Source: Idiomarina loihiensis L2TR (GTDB lineage: Bacteria > Pseudomonadota > Gammaproteobacteria > Enterobacterales > Alteromonadaceae). Taken from it: a stretch of DNA of 32,000 nucleotides. The position numbers and the translations under genes are program-made. Each line of letters begins with the position of its first letter. Positions within the stretch are counted from its first letter, which is position 1. This document shows positions 1 to 8,450 of the stretch, one piece after another. The stretch spans positions 2,760,001 through 2,792,000 of the forward strand of contig NC_006512.1 of the NCBI RefSeq assembly GCF_000008465.1, given 5' to 3'. The notes under the pieces were generated by a model. The model did no database searches. It was not told where the DNA came from and was given only the letters and a program-made list of their open reading frames with translations.

Positions 1-356
1 TGCAATATCTGCTCAAACGCCCAGGCAGCTTTCTCTGCACTGGTCTGAACAACCACCTGCATAGACTCATTAAGTCCATAATGATGTAGGCCAGCAGCCG
101 ACAACCAGGCCGGAGGGTTTACCCAGAAAACCGACAGCTTTTGTTGCACCGCATGCTGTATTAATGGCAACAATAGTGCCTGTTCCGAAAACGGAGTTTG
201 CAACTGCCACTCATGCAACCCCGGGTATTGCCAGCCACCGCCCAGCGCCGTATCTAACGACGAAAAACCGGAGCTTAAGGTTGCTGTCTGATTGTCGGTA
301 ACCTGACCATGCCAAACAAGCCCTTGCTGAATAAGAGTCTGAAGCTTTGTCTGCAT
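1..356 (-). CDS. SulA/ImuA-family SOS-inducible protein (N-terminal part; the gene runs off the left window edge)
   Basis: Absent from the ORF track because the window edge truncates it. My minus-strand translation from the ATG (complement of 354-356) reads MQTKLQTLIQQGLVWHGQVTDNQTATLSSGFSSLDTALGGGWQYPGLHEWQLQTPFSEQALLLPLIQHAVQQKLSVFWVNPPAWLSAAGL... and stays open to position 1. The pattern VW(H/R)G...SGF..LD..LGGGW..G..E is typical of the RecA-fold ImuA/SulA family. GGAGG lies 4 nt upstream of the ATG, with a LexA box just upstream of that. Confidence 0.6.
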   Translation of the reverse strand, partial: MQTKLQTLIQQGLVWHGQVTDNQTATLSSGFSSLDTALGGGWQYPGLHEWQLQTPFSEQALLLPLIQHAVQQKLSVFWVNPPAWLSAAGLHHYGLNESMQVVVQTSAEKAAWAFEQIL

Positions 357-368
357 AAAACCTCCGAA

Positions 369-388
369 TACTGTACATATATACAGTA
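369..388. promoter_or_regulatory. LexA (SOS) box TACTGTACATATATACAGTA
   Basis: Perfect CTGT-N8-ACAG gammaproteobacterial SOS-box core (371-386) inside a 20-bp palindrome. It sits 13 nt upstream of the SD/ATG of the imuA/sulA-like gene and 86 nt upstream of the divergent yihG ATG. Confidence 0.8.
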
Positions 389-474
389 TCATTAATTTTT
401 ACTCGTTACCAACAGACATCATTACTGGCTTCAGTTATTATTTATCTCATTGTTTCTAATTAGGATAGGGCAGC

Positions 475-1386
475 ATGCTGACATCAATACTCATTCCCTT
501 CAGAGTCGTTATTAACTTTTCATGGGGATTAATCACCACCGCTATTATTGGTGTTTCGATTATTAGTATTGGTATTTTTAAAGTGTTACTGCCTTTTAAA
601 ACGCCTCAGCGCATTTGTTCTTTTCTGGGGAATGCTCTATTCAGAGTCTGGGCGTACTGTATGTCAATGATGTTCCAGCTGACTCAACGCATGGAATGGC
701 ACATTGAAGGTGACCTCGATATCCACGAAAAAGGCTGGTACATGGTTATGGCTAACCACCGTAGCTGGGTCGATGTGCTGGTATTAATGCATTTGACTCG
801 TCGCCACATGCCTATGCCCCGCTTCTTTTTAAAGTCACAACTTATGTGGATACCCATTATTGGCTGGGGCTGCTGGGTACTGGATATGCCTTTTATGAAA
901 CGCTACTCAAAAGAGTTGCTGGAGAAAAAACCACACTTAAAAGGCAAAGACATTGCAACAACAACACGCTCCTGCGCCAAATTCCGCCACATTCCTACAA
1001 CTGTGGTGAATTTCTGTGAAGGCACGCGCTTTACCCCGGAAAAACACGAAAAGAAACAGAGCCCCTTTCGCAACCTGCTGCCACCTAAGGCCGGCGGTAC
1101 GGCTTTCTCTTTGCAAATTATGGGAGGTCAGTTTGAGGCCATTCTGGATATTACCATTGTCTATCCGGGAACCGATAAACGCCCGGTAGTCTGGCATTTA
1201 TTAAGCGGACAATTGAAAAACGTCTATGTTGATATAAAGACACGGCCCATTACCGCTGACTTAATCGGCGATTACGCCAGTGACGAAGTCTTCAGAGCCC
1301 ATTTTCAACAATGGTTGAATCAGCGCTGGCAGGAAAAAGATCAAACCATTGACGAAATGCGTAAGCAAATTCACAGCACCCGCTAA
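475..1386 (+). CDS. yihG: PlsC-family acyltransferase, YihG-like
   Basis: 303-aa ORF with the HX4D acyltransferase motif (NHRSWVDV) and the FCEGTRF block. Long colinear blocks match my recollection of E. coli YihG (LDMPFMKRYS, TTRSC.KF, NLLPPKA, HFQQWLN..WQEKD). It lies near srkA/dsbA, as yihG does in E. coli. Confidence 0.85.
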   Translation: MLTSILIPFRVVINFSWGLITTAIIGVSIISIGIFKVLLPFKTPQRICSFLGNALFRVWAYCMSMMFQLTQRMEWHIEGDLDIHEKGWYMVMANHRSWVDVLVLMHLTRRHMPMPRFFLKSQLMWIPIIGWGCWVLDMPFMKRYSKELLEKKPHLKGKDIATTTRSCAKFRHIPTTVVNFCEGTRFTPEKHEKKQSPFRNLLPPKAGGTAFSLQIMGGQFEAILDITIVYPGTDKRPVVWHLLSGQLKNVYVDIKTRPITADLIGDYASDEVFRAHFQQWLNQRWQEKDQTIDEMRKQIHSTR

Positions 1387-1398
1387 GGGAGTTTTATA

Positions 1399-2634
1399 AT
1401 GGACTTCGAGTTTGTAAAAGAGTGGCTACAAAAATTCGGTCTTCAGAGCAACCTGGAGGAACTGAGTCTGGCTATCAGTTCGTTATTAGTTCTAATTGGT
1501 TGTTACATTACCTATGCCATAGCGCGTTGGCTTATCGATCATGCCATAGAGCACTTGTTAAAAAGGGCGCCCGAGCGGTGGTATAAATCGCTGGTTAACA
1601 GTGGCCTTTTTAAGCGTTGCGCAAACTTAGCCCCGGTTATCCTGATACACAGTTTCATACCAATTCTGTTTATCAATAACTTTGAAAGTTGGCAGTCCCC
1701 TCTGCGAACGGTTGTGGGTGTTTATCTGACCTGGGTTATTACCAGTATTCTGACAGCCCTGGCCAACGTCGTTTCCATTGCCTATGACTATACTTATAAA
1801 GCACGTGAGGTCCCCATTACCGGAGTCATTCAGGTCATAAAACTGATACTGGTACTCATGGCGATTCTCATCACTATTGCCATCATTATGAACAAGTCGC
1901 CTATGTACTTGCTAAGTGGTTTCGGCGCCATGACCGCCATTCTTATGGTGGTTTTCAGGGATACCCTAATGGGCTTTGTTGCCGGAGTGCAATTGGCGAC
2001 CAACCGTATGGTTGCTATTGGTGACTGGATTGAGCTGACTGATCACGGGGTTGATGGTACGGTTCAGGAAGTCGGCCTAATTTCCGTGCAAGTTGAGAAC
2101 TGGGATAAAACCATTGTTTACTTGCCCACTTATGTATTAATACACGAGTCGTTTAAAAACTGGCAGGGAATGATCAATACAGGTGGGCGGCGCATGAGAC
2201 GTTCACTAATGATTGATTTGGACAGCTCTAAAATTCTGTCGAACGAACAGTTAGAAGAACTTGCTAAAAAACATTTTAATCAGTCCGCTGACGACTGGTT
2301 AAATGCCAATGAACTCGACAAACCGGTAAGTAACTTAACTGTATTCCGGGTATTTACTGACAATTATCTAAGGAACCACAAACAGGTAAGAGAAGATCTG
2401 ACTATTATGGCTCGCCTTATGCAGCCTACAGCAGCAGGGTTACCGCTGGAAATTTATGCGTTTTGTAAACAAACGGACTGGATGAAATACGAAGCGGTAC
2501 AAAGCTCAATTATCGAGTATTTATACAGTGTGATGCCAGACTTTGGACTGAAGAATTATCAGTACTTGAATAACAACCACGCCTTCTCTGAAAACAAAGA
2601 AGGCGCTTATTGTGACTATAAACCGGAGTCCTGA
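1399..2634 (+). CDS. Mechanosensitive ion channel family protein (MscS-like)
   Basis: 411-aa ORF starting 12 nt after the yihG stop, so probably in the same operon. N-terminal TM helices are followed by an MscS-type pore helix and beta-domain block (FRDTLMGFVAGVQLATNRMVAIGDWIEL..GTVQEVGLISVQVENWDKTIVYLP). Confidence 0.75.
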   Translation: MDFEFVKEWLQKFGLQSNLEELSLAISSLLVLIGCYITYAIARWLIDHAIEHLLKRAPERWYKSLVNSGLFKRCANLAPVILIHSFIPILFINNFESWQSPLRTVVGVYLTWVITSILTALANVVSIAYDYTYKAREVPITGVIQVIKLILVLMAILITIAIIMNKSPMYLLSGFGAMTAILMVVFRDTLMGFVAGVQLATNRMVAIGDWIELTDHGVDGTVQEVGLISVQVENWDKTIVYLPTYVLIHESFKNWQGMINTGGRRMRRSLMIDLDSSKILSNEQLEELAKKHFNQSADDWLNANELDKPVSNLTVFRVFTDNYLRNHKQVREDLTIMARLMQPTAAGLPLEIYAFCKQTDWMKYEAVQSSIIEYLYSVMPDFGLKNYQYLNNNHAFSENKEGAYCDYKPES

Positions 2635-2635
2635 G

Positions 2636-3250
2636 TTACTTTTCTAACAGGTAACCGGCTAAATCAGAAAAGTCTTCCTGGAAGTTGTCGCTGTCACGGA
2701 ACCCCTGTGGCAGCATTTTGTACTTACCGTTAACAATAAAAGTTGGCGTTGCGTTAACCCCTAAGTTGCTTGCCCGGCGATCCATTTTAGACGCCGCAGC
2801 GCGGACAGTGAAGCTCGCCATAGCTTTGTCAAACTCATCACCGGAAACACCGTTAACAATAAACACATTACGAATGTCCTGCTTGCTGGTCAGCATGCTA
2901 TTTTTATTAAAGTTGTAATCAAAAATAGCCGCGGCAATTTCTTCTTCCTTATTCAGTTTTTGCGCAACGACAAAAGCCTGAGTCATGGTCTCGCCCATAT
3001 TACGAGGCCCCAGGAACGACACGTGAGCCTTCTTGAAAGCATCCGGGTATTCAGACTTGATTTCTTTTGCAATAGGTTCAAAGCGATAGCAGTGCACGCA
3101 GTAAAATGAGAAAAACTCTGCAATTTCCGGCTTGCTGGTCGCTTCATCTGCTACCACTTCGTAGTGGACACCTTCTTCAAAATTCTGAGCCTGAGCAAAA
3201 CCCGCTGCGACCATTAATGCCCCGGCAAAACCCATTAACCACTTTTTCAT
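2636..3250 (-). CDS. dsbA: Periplasmic thiol:disulfide oxidoreductase DsbA
   Basis: Signal peptide, thioredoxin-fold active site FFSFYCVHCYRFE, and the C-terminal VNGKY..PQG block as in E. coli DsbA. I prefer the third Met of the track ORF (ATG complement 3248-3250) because AGGAA then sits about 8 nt upstream. The track start is 3256. Confidence 0.9.
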   Translation of the reverse strand: MKKWLMGFAGALMVAAGFAQAQNFEEGVHYEVVADEATSKPEIAEFFSFYCVHCYRFEPIAKEIKSEYPDAFKKAHVSFLGPRNMGETMTQAFVVAQKLNKEEEIAAAIFDYNFNKNSMLTSKQDIRNVFIVNGVSGDEFDKAMASFTVRAAASKMDRRASNLGVNATPTFIVNGKYKMLPQGFRDSDNFQEDFSDLAGYLLEK

Positions 3251-3288
3251 TATCATTTCCTGTTATCTGTTAAAACTATCTATTCAAA

Positions 3289-4293
3289 TTAGCCATTAAA
3301 ACCAAGGTTCAGCGGCGCTTCATCCAGCCCCGCCAATTGTTCTTTCAGTGCCAGAATCTGCTGCTCCCAATATCGGCTTTCTGCAAACCAGGGAAACGCT
3401 CGCTGAAAGGCACTATCTTGCCACCGGCGTGATAACCATGCCATATATTGAATGATTCTGAAACTGCGCAAAGGTTCAATTAATATCAATTGCGCCGTAT
3501 CGAATTCGCAGAAATCTTCGTAGCCAGTCAGCAGGGCATCCATCTGTAATGTTTGCTCCTGATGCGATCCGTTCAGCATCATCCATAAGTCCTGAACTGC
3601 AGGGCCGGAGCGACAATCATCAAAATCGACAAAAGTCAGTTGCTCTTCATACTGCAGAATATTACCAATATGGCAGTCGCCATGCAGACGCTGATACTCG
3701 AAGTCCTGCAAAGGTGTAGAACGTAAGCGCTCACTTAAGGGATCAAGAATGGCAAAAAAGGCGTCTTTTAATTCAGCGGGTAATAAAGCGGACTGGTGTA
3801 GCTCGACCACGGACTGTTCCACAAAACCTTCATAGTCAATGGTTTCCCGGACTTTAAACTTGCCTGCCTGAGCCACCGCATGCATACGGCCTATTTGACG
3901 GCCCAGTCGCTCAAGTTCGTCCAGGTCATTCGGCTCAAAGGCTCTGCCGCCAATGCTTGTATACACACAAAAACGATAGCCTTCAAACTCGTGCAGACGC
4001 TTTCCCTGAAGCTCCAGAGCCGAAACCGCCGGAACCTCGGCTTGCGCCAGTTCCTCAACAAACTCCAGTTCTTCGTTAATTTGCTCTGTGCGCCAGCGCT
4101 GCGGGCGATAGAATTTTGCCACGTAACGTTTGCGATCGTCGTCAGCAAACTGATAAACCCGGTTTTCGTAGCTGTTAAGTGCCAGCAAGCCCGATGCGGG
4201 ATACAAACCGACACTTTCTAAGGCATTAACAACCAGATCCGGCGTCAGTCCCTGAAAAGCAAAGTCCGACGCGTTCTCTGTAAAATCATTCAT
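3289..4293 (-). CDS. srkA: Stress-response Ser/Thr kinase SrkA (RdoA/YihE)
   Basis: 334 aa, colinear with recalled E. coli YihE: LNSYENRVYQF, KFYRPQRW, RLHGDCH.GNIL, GPA.QDLWM.LNG, IEPLR. It lies immediately upstream of dsbA, the same gene order as E. coli yihE-dsbA. Confidence 0.9.
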   Translation of the reverse strand: MNDFTENASDFAFQGLTPDLVVNALESVGLYPASGLLALNSYENRVYQFADDDRKRYVAKFYRPQRWRTEQINEELEFVEELAQAEVPAVSALELQGKRLHEFEGYRFCVYTSIGGRAFEPNDLDELERLGRQIGRMHAVAQAGKFKVRETIDYEGFVEQSVVELHQSALLPAELKDAFFAILDPLSERLRSTPLQDFEYQRLHGDCHIGNILQYEEQLTFVDFDDCRSGPAVQDLWMMLNGSHQEQTLQMDALLTGYEDFCEFDTAQLILIEPLRSFRIIQYMAWLSRRWQDSAFQRAFPWFAESRYWEQQILALKEQLAGLDEAPLNLGFNG

Positions 4294-5716
4294 ATAAAAA
4301 GCGGCTCTGATGCGTATTAGTTATATCCGCATTATCAACCGCTGTGACCACGAAGTAAAACTCTGTGACCTGACCTTCTAATAATGATGGTGGAACCGCT
4401 ACGGTTACCGGCAAGGTTCCGACTTCACCCGCAGAAACCTGTTTCGTAGAATCGCCAATTAACTCGAACTCATCAAAACCTTTAACTTCCACGCGGTAAG
4501 TCATGTCCTGTTGCGACTTATTGACCAGCTTTAAGGTAAAGACGTTTTCAATTTGTCCTTCTATATTTTCTCTGAACAGTTGGTTACGGTCACGTAATAC
4601 ATCAACCTCCAGAGGCACACGGGTCGCGACGTCCCAAACCAGTACGGTACTAACTACGAGAACCATAATAAAGTAGCCGATACTCTTCATCCGCCACGGA
4701 TTGGTTTTCTCTTTTTTGTTTTTGGCGGCTAAGTTACGTTCAGTGGTAAAGCGGATAAGTCCTTTTGGATAATTCATTTTATCCATAACGTCATTACAGG
4801 CATCAATACAGGCGCCACAGTCGATGCACTCGTATTGCAGACCGTTTCGGATATCGATGCCGGTAGGGCAGACCTGCACACACATATAGCAGTCAATACA
4901 GTGACCTAAGCCTTTTTCAGCCGGATCAGCCTTACGCGAGCGTGGGCCTCGGGGCTCGCCCCTTTCAGCATCATAAGACACGGTGTAAGTGTCTTTATCG
5001 AACATAGCCGACTGGAAACGCGCATAAGGACACATGTGCGTACACATAATTTCCCGCATATAACCGGCGTTACCATAAGTACAGAATGCGAAAAAAAGAA
5101 CACTGAAGGTTGCCCAGAAACCGGCGTCCAGGGTAAAGAAGTTCAGGAAAAGTTCGCGTATGTCAGTAAAGTAACCCACAAAGATCATTGCGGTTAATAG
5201 AGACACCAGGATCCAGCCGGTCTGTTTACCGGTTTTGCGCCAGAACTTGTCAAAGTCCATTTTGCGTTCATCCAGTTTTATACGCTTATTGCGCGGCCCT
5301 TCGAACTTTTTCTCAAACCACATGAAAATAAAGGTCCAGGTGGTTTGCGGGCACATAAACCCACACCAGACCCGACCAAAAACGGTTGTCACAAAAAATA
5401 ACGCAACGGCGGCCACAATCGCAAACCAGGCAACTACAGTGAAGTCCTGCGGCCACAAAGTTAAGCCATAAATACGGAAGCGCTGATCCATAATATCGAG
5501 CAGAACTGCTTGTTCGCCCTGATAAGTCAGCCAGGGAATGAGAGCAAAGACAGCCAGCAATAGAAAACCAAACCCACGTCTAAAATACTCCATGGCACCT
5601 TTGGTATCACGCACGTAAATTCGGCTGCGGGGGGAGTAGTTATCGTTGTGTTTCTGTCCGTCTGGACGTTGAATTTTGACTTTATCGGCGGACTGAACCG
5701 TTATTTTTTGTTCCAT
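4286..5716 (-). CDS. ccoG: Cytochrome c oxidase accessory protein CcoG/FixG (polyferredoxin-like membrane protein)
   Basis: TM helices plus two 4Fe-4S ferredoxin motifs (CIDCYMCVQVCPTGIDIR and CIDCGACIDAC), a CGFMCPQ motif and a C-terminal Ig-like region. The start is uncertain: ATG at 5716 (MEQKITV) or GTG at 5728, neither with a strong SD. The stop overlaps the srkA start by 8 nt. Confidence 0.85.
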   Translation of the reverse strand: MEQKITVQSADKVKIQRPDGQKHNDNYSPRSRIYVRDTKGAMEYFRRGFGFLLLAVFALIPWLTYQGEQAVLLDIMDQRFRIYGLTLWPQDFTVVAWFAIVAAVALFFVTTVFGRVWCGFMCPQTTWTFIFMWFEKKFEGPRNKRIKLDERKMDFDKFWRKTGKQTGWILVSLLTAMIFVGYFTDIRELFLNFFTLDAGFWATFSVLFFAFCTYGNAGYMREIMCTHMCPYARFQSAMFDKDTYTVSYDAERGEPRGPRSRKADPAEKGLGHCIDCYMCVQVCPTGIDIRNGLQYECIDCGACIDACNDVMDKMNYPKGLIRFTTERNLAAKNKKEKTNPWRMKSIGYFIMVLVVSTVLVWDVATRVPLEVDVLRDRNQLFRENIEGQIENVFTLKLVNKSQQDMTYRVEVKGFDEFELIGDSTKQVSAGEVGTLPVTVAVPPSLLEGQVTEFYFVVTAVDNADITNTHQSRFLYE

Positions 5717-5782
5717 GAGCAATACCACATAGTGTCACGGCGAGGTGCGCACAGTATAACGGATCTTAACTGTTTGCGCAGC

Positions 5783-7015
5783 TCACTGGGCTGAATTAAT
5801 GATGCAATCTAAAAGTATGTTACAACCAGCTTCCACGTCATGCCAGTGCGACCACTCATCGGGTGCGTGACTGACCCCATTTACAGACGGGATAAATATT
5901 AGCCCGGACTCCGTAATCTCTGTAAAAAATTGAGCATCGTGTCCTGCGCCACTGGGCATTTTAAGACACGAATAATTTCGAGCTTTAGCTTTCTCTTCTA
6001 TTTGTTTTGTCAGCTTTTCTGAACAGGCCTGAGGGTTCAGCCAACTCACTTGCTCGTATTCAAACTTCAAACGGTGCTTACGCGCTATTGCTGATAACGC
6101 CTTGTTACAGGAGTCTGCCAGCTCTTTCATTACATCGTTACTCATGTCGCGACCAACAATAGTAAACACCGCTTCACCCGGCACGGTGTGCGGACTCCCG
6201 GGCTTCAAGTCCACTTTGCCCACGGTAATACGCGTTTTATCGGTACCGTCTTCAGCAATAATGCGCTCAATTTCGTGAGCAAAATCTGCCAGCCCCATAA
6301 AAGCGTCACTGCGCATATTCATAGGAGCAGTACCAGCGTGGTCGGCTTTACCTTTTAAGTGAACTATCCATTTAAACACCCCGGAAATGCCTTCCACTGC
6401 GCCAATGGTTATCTCTTTCTGAAACAGCACCGGTCCTTGTTCAATGTGCAGTTCGTAAAAGGCTTTTAGCCGCTCCGGAGGCCAGGCAGCGTCCAGTGCA
6501 TCCATAACGTCCATGCCATGGGCGGCCATTGCGTCCTTTAAGTACACATTATCAGCATCGTGAGCCGACATAAGCCAGTCCGGATTCAGCACACCTGCAA
6601 TAGCCTGAGAACCCATCATGCCGCCAAATCGGCCTTCCTCTTCGGCAGTACCAACAACCCATACAGGATGCGCTAATTTCACGTCATTTTCTTTGATCGA
6701 GCGCAAAACTTCGAAGCCCGCTAACACTCCGAGTGCGCCATCGAAAATCCCCCCGGCGGGAACAGTATCTAGATGTGAACCGGTAAGAATAGCTGGTTTT
6801 TTGCTGTAGTCGCCAATACCAAAAAACACATTACCGGCACCATCCATAAAGGTCTTGAAACCTTCGGCTTTAGCTTGCTCCATCATCCAGCGGCGGGCTT
6901 CCATATCGGCATCGGTAAAACCCCAACGGTACATACCATGATCGGTCTCGTTATAACCAATTTTGGATAGCTCCAGCACAGATTTTTTTAAGCGGTCAGC
7001 ATTAATACTCAGCAT
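5783..7015 (-). CDS. M20-family Zn-dependent amidohydrolase (allantoate amidohydrolase / N-carbamoyl-L-amino-acid hydrolase type)
   Basis: GSHLDTVPAGGIFDGALGV motif and overall M20/AmaB-like layout. I place the start at MLSINADRL (ATG complement 7013-7015) behind AAGGAGG (complement of 7021-7027). The track's longer ORF (to 7123) reads through the ahpD terminator. Confidence 0.8.
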   Translation of the reverse strand: MLSINADRLKKSVLELSKIGYNETDHGMYRWGFTDADMEARRWMMEQAKAEGFKTFMDGAGNVFFGIGDYSKKPAILTGSHLDTVPAGGIFDGALGVLAGFEVLRSIKENDVKLAHPVWVVGTAEEEGRFGGMMGSQAIAGVLNPDWLMSAHDADNVYLKDAMAAHGMDVMDALDAAWPPERLKAFYELHIEQGPVLFQKEITIGAVEGISGVFKWIVHLKGKADHAGTAPMNMRSDAFMGLADFAHEIERIIAEDGTDKTRITVGKVDLKPGSPHTVPGEAVFTIVGRDMSNDVMKELADSCNKALSAIARKHRLKFEYEQVSWLNPQACSEKLTKQIEEKAKARNYSCLKMPSGAGHDAQFFTEITESGLIFIPSVNGVSHAPDEWSHWHDVEAGCNILLDCIINSAQ

Positions 7016-7076
7016 AGTCACCTCCTTTGCTTTTATTATTAAGCGTAGGACATAAACTAAGGAGCACCAAAGGCGT

Positions 7077-7105
7077 AAAAAAAGCCCGCACCAAAAAGTA
7101 CGGGC
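7077..7105 (-). terminator. Rho-independent terminator downstream of ahpD
   Basis: The minus strand reads GCCCGTAC-TTTTTG-GTGCGGGC followed by TTTTTTT, which is a GC stem plus a 7-U tract. It lies 38 nt after the ahpD stop. Confidence 0.7.
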
Positions 7106-7142
7106 AAAGGTTGCACGGGGCAAAGGGGAGCCCCTAGAGGGT

Positions 7143-7670
7143 TTACGACAGTTTGCGTGCAGTTAAGGCTGCATTAAGTACCGCCGCCAACTTAATTGAC
7201 GATTGAATCGCTTGCGCTGAGACCTCGTGCTTCAGCAAAGTTTGTACGTGCGAATCAATGCACATACCACAACCATTCAGGGCCGACACCGCCAGTGAGA
7301 ACAGCTCAAAGTCTGCTTTGTCCACACCCGGGTTAGCCATTGCATTCATGCGGAGCCCCGCAGGAAGCTTAGAAAATTGTTTATCGCTAGATAAGTGCAG
7401 GAAGCGATAATAAATGTTGTTCATTGCCATTAACGACGCTGCCGTTTTCGCTGCTGCCTTAACGTTTTCTTCAATTTTGCCTTCGGCTTCTTCTTCCACT
7501 GCCTGAGTCAGCTCGCCGTCCGACAAGGTGTAAACCAGCGAAAGTGCTGTGCCATAGAACTGGTCGTTGGTTAAACCTGACTGCTCAACATTTGAAAACA
7601 AGCTCGACAGGTTAAGCTTGGTGTCTTTACTGTGATCACCCAATAACTGTTTGTAGTCTGCAATTGCCAT
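7143..7670 (-). CDS. ahpD: Alkylhydroperoxidase AhpD (carboxymuconolactone decarboxylase family)
   Basis: 175 aa with the CXXC..H active-site block NGCGMCIDSH. It lies directly downstream of ahpC. Confidence 0.85.
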   Translation of the reverse strand: MAIADYKQLLGDHSKDTKLNLSSLFSNVEQSGLTNDQFYGTALSLVYTLSDGELTQAVEEEAEGKIEENVKAAAKTAASLMAMNNIYYRFLHLSSDKQFSKLPAGLRMNAMANPGVDKADFELFSLAVSALNGCGMCIDSHVQTLLKHEVSAQAIQSSIKLAAVLNAALTARKLS

Positions 7671-7706
7671 ACTTTACTCCTGAAATCCTCTGAAAGTGGG
7701 GAACAG

Positions 7707-7731
7707 GCGCCGATGGCATTGCCATCAGCGC
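7707..7731 (-). other. Intercistronic stem-loop between ahpC and ahpD
   Basis: GCGCCGATGGCA / TGCCATCAGCGC inverted repeat with 11 of 12 positions pairing. No U-tract follows it on the transcribed (minus) strand. Confidence 0.5.
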
Positions 7732-7755
7732 TTAGTTTAGGGAAGTAATCACCAA

Positions 7756-8301
7756 TTAAAGGGTGTCGCCGCCCAACGCGCGGTTACAAGGACACAGTTC
7801 ATCGGTCTGCAAACCATCTAAAATACGAACGATTTCTGCCGGGTTACGACCTACGTTCAGGTTGTTTACCGATACGTGCTGGATAACATTGTGCGGGTCA
7901 ACAATGAACGTAGCACGCAGAGCAACATTCTCAGCTTTGTCACGAACACCTAATCCGTCGACCAAAGAACCGTCGTCAGCAAAAGAGTACTGGTTCAGGC
8001 GGTCAAGGTCAGGGTGCTCACGGCGCCATGCCAATTTCACAAATTCATTATCAGTGCTGCCGCCCATCACGACTGCGTCACGGTCAGCGAAGTCTTCGTT
8101 CAGTTTTGCGAACTCAACAATTTCAGTTGGGCAAACAAAGGTGAAGTCTTTCGGGTAGAAGAAAATGATTTTCCACTTACCTTCAAAGCTGTTGTTGTCG
8201 ATAGTTTCAAAAGCGCTTTCGCCGTTTTCTTCCGGCATGTTGAACTTAGGTTTTGCCGCAATTACGCTGAATTCTGGTAGTTTATCGCCTACTGTTAACA
8301 T
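7756..8301 (-). CDS. ahpC: Peroxiredoxin AhpC (AhpD-dependent type)
   Basis: 181 aa. Peroxidatic Cys motif DFTFVCPTE, plus a C-terminal ELCPCN pair of cysteines as in AhpD-coupled (mycobacterial-type) AhpC. Confidence 0.9.
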   Translation of the reverse strand: MLTVGDKLPEFSVIAAKPKFNMPEENGESAFETIDNNSFEGKWKIIFFYPKDFTFVCPTEIVEFAKLNEDFADRDAVVMGGSTDNEFVKLAWRREHPDLDRLNQYSFADDGSLVDGLGVRDKAENVALRATFIVDPHNVIQHVSVNNLNVGRNPAEIVRILDGLQTDELCPCNRALGGDTL

Positions 8302-8450
8302 AAATTGTCTCCTTGATTGGGATTTAAAATGTATTCGTTCCTTAACGAGTCGAGAGCTAGTGTACGGACGGAGACAGATTGGATAAAACGAATAAAACGA
8401 ATTATGATAATCGAAAATACCAATTAAACAAATAACACGACGGATAACCT

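Noticed and set aside
7016-7123. N-terminal 36-codon extension of the M20 hydrolase ORF (MPRATFARTFWCG...)
   Set aside because: The extension runs through the ahpD rho-independent terminator (7077-7105). An internal ATG at 7015 has a perfect AAGGAGG SD and gives a family-typical N-terminus.
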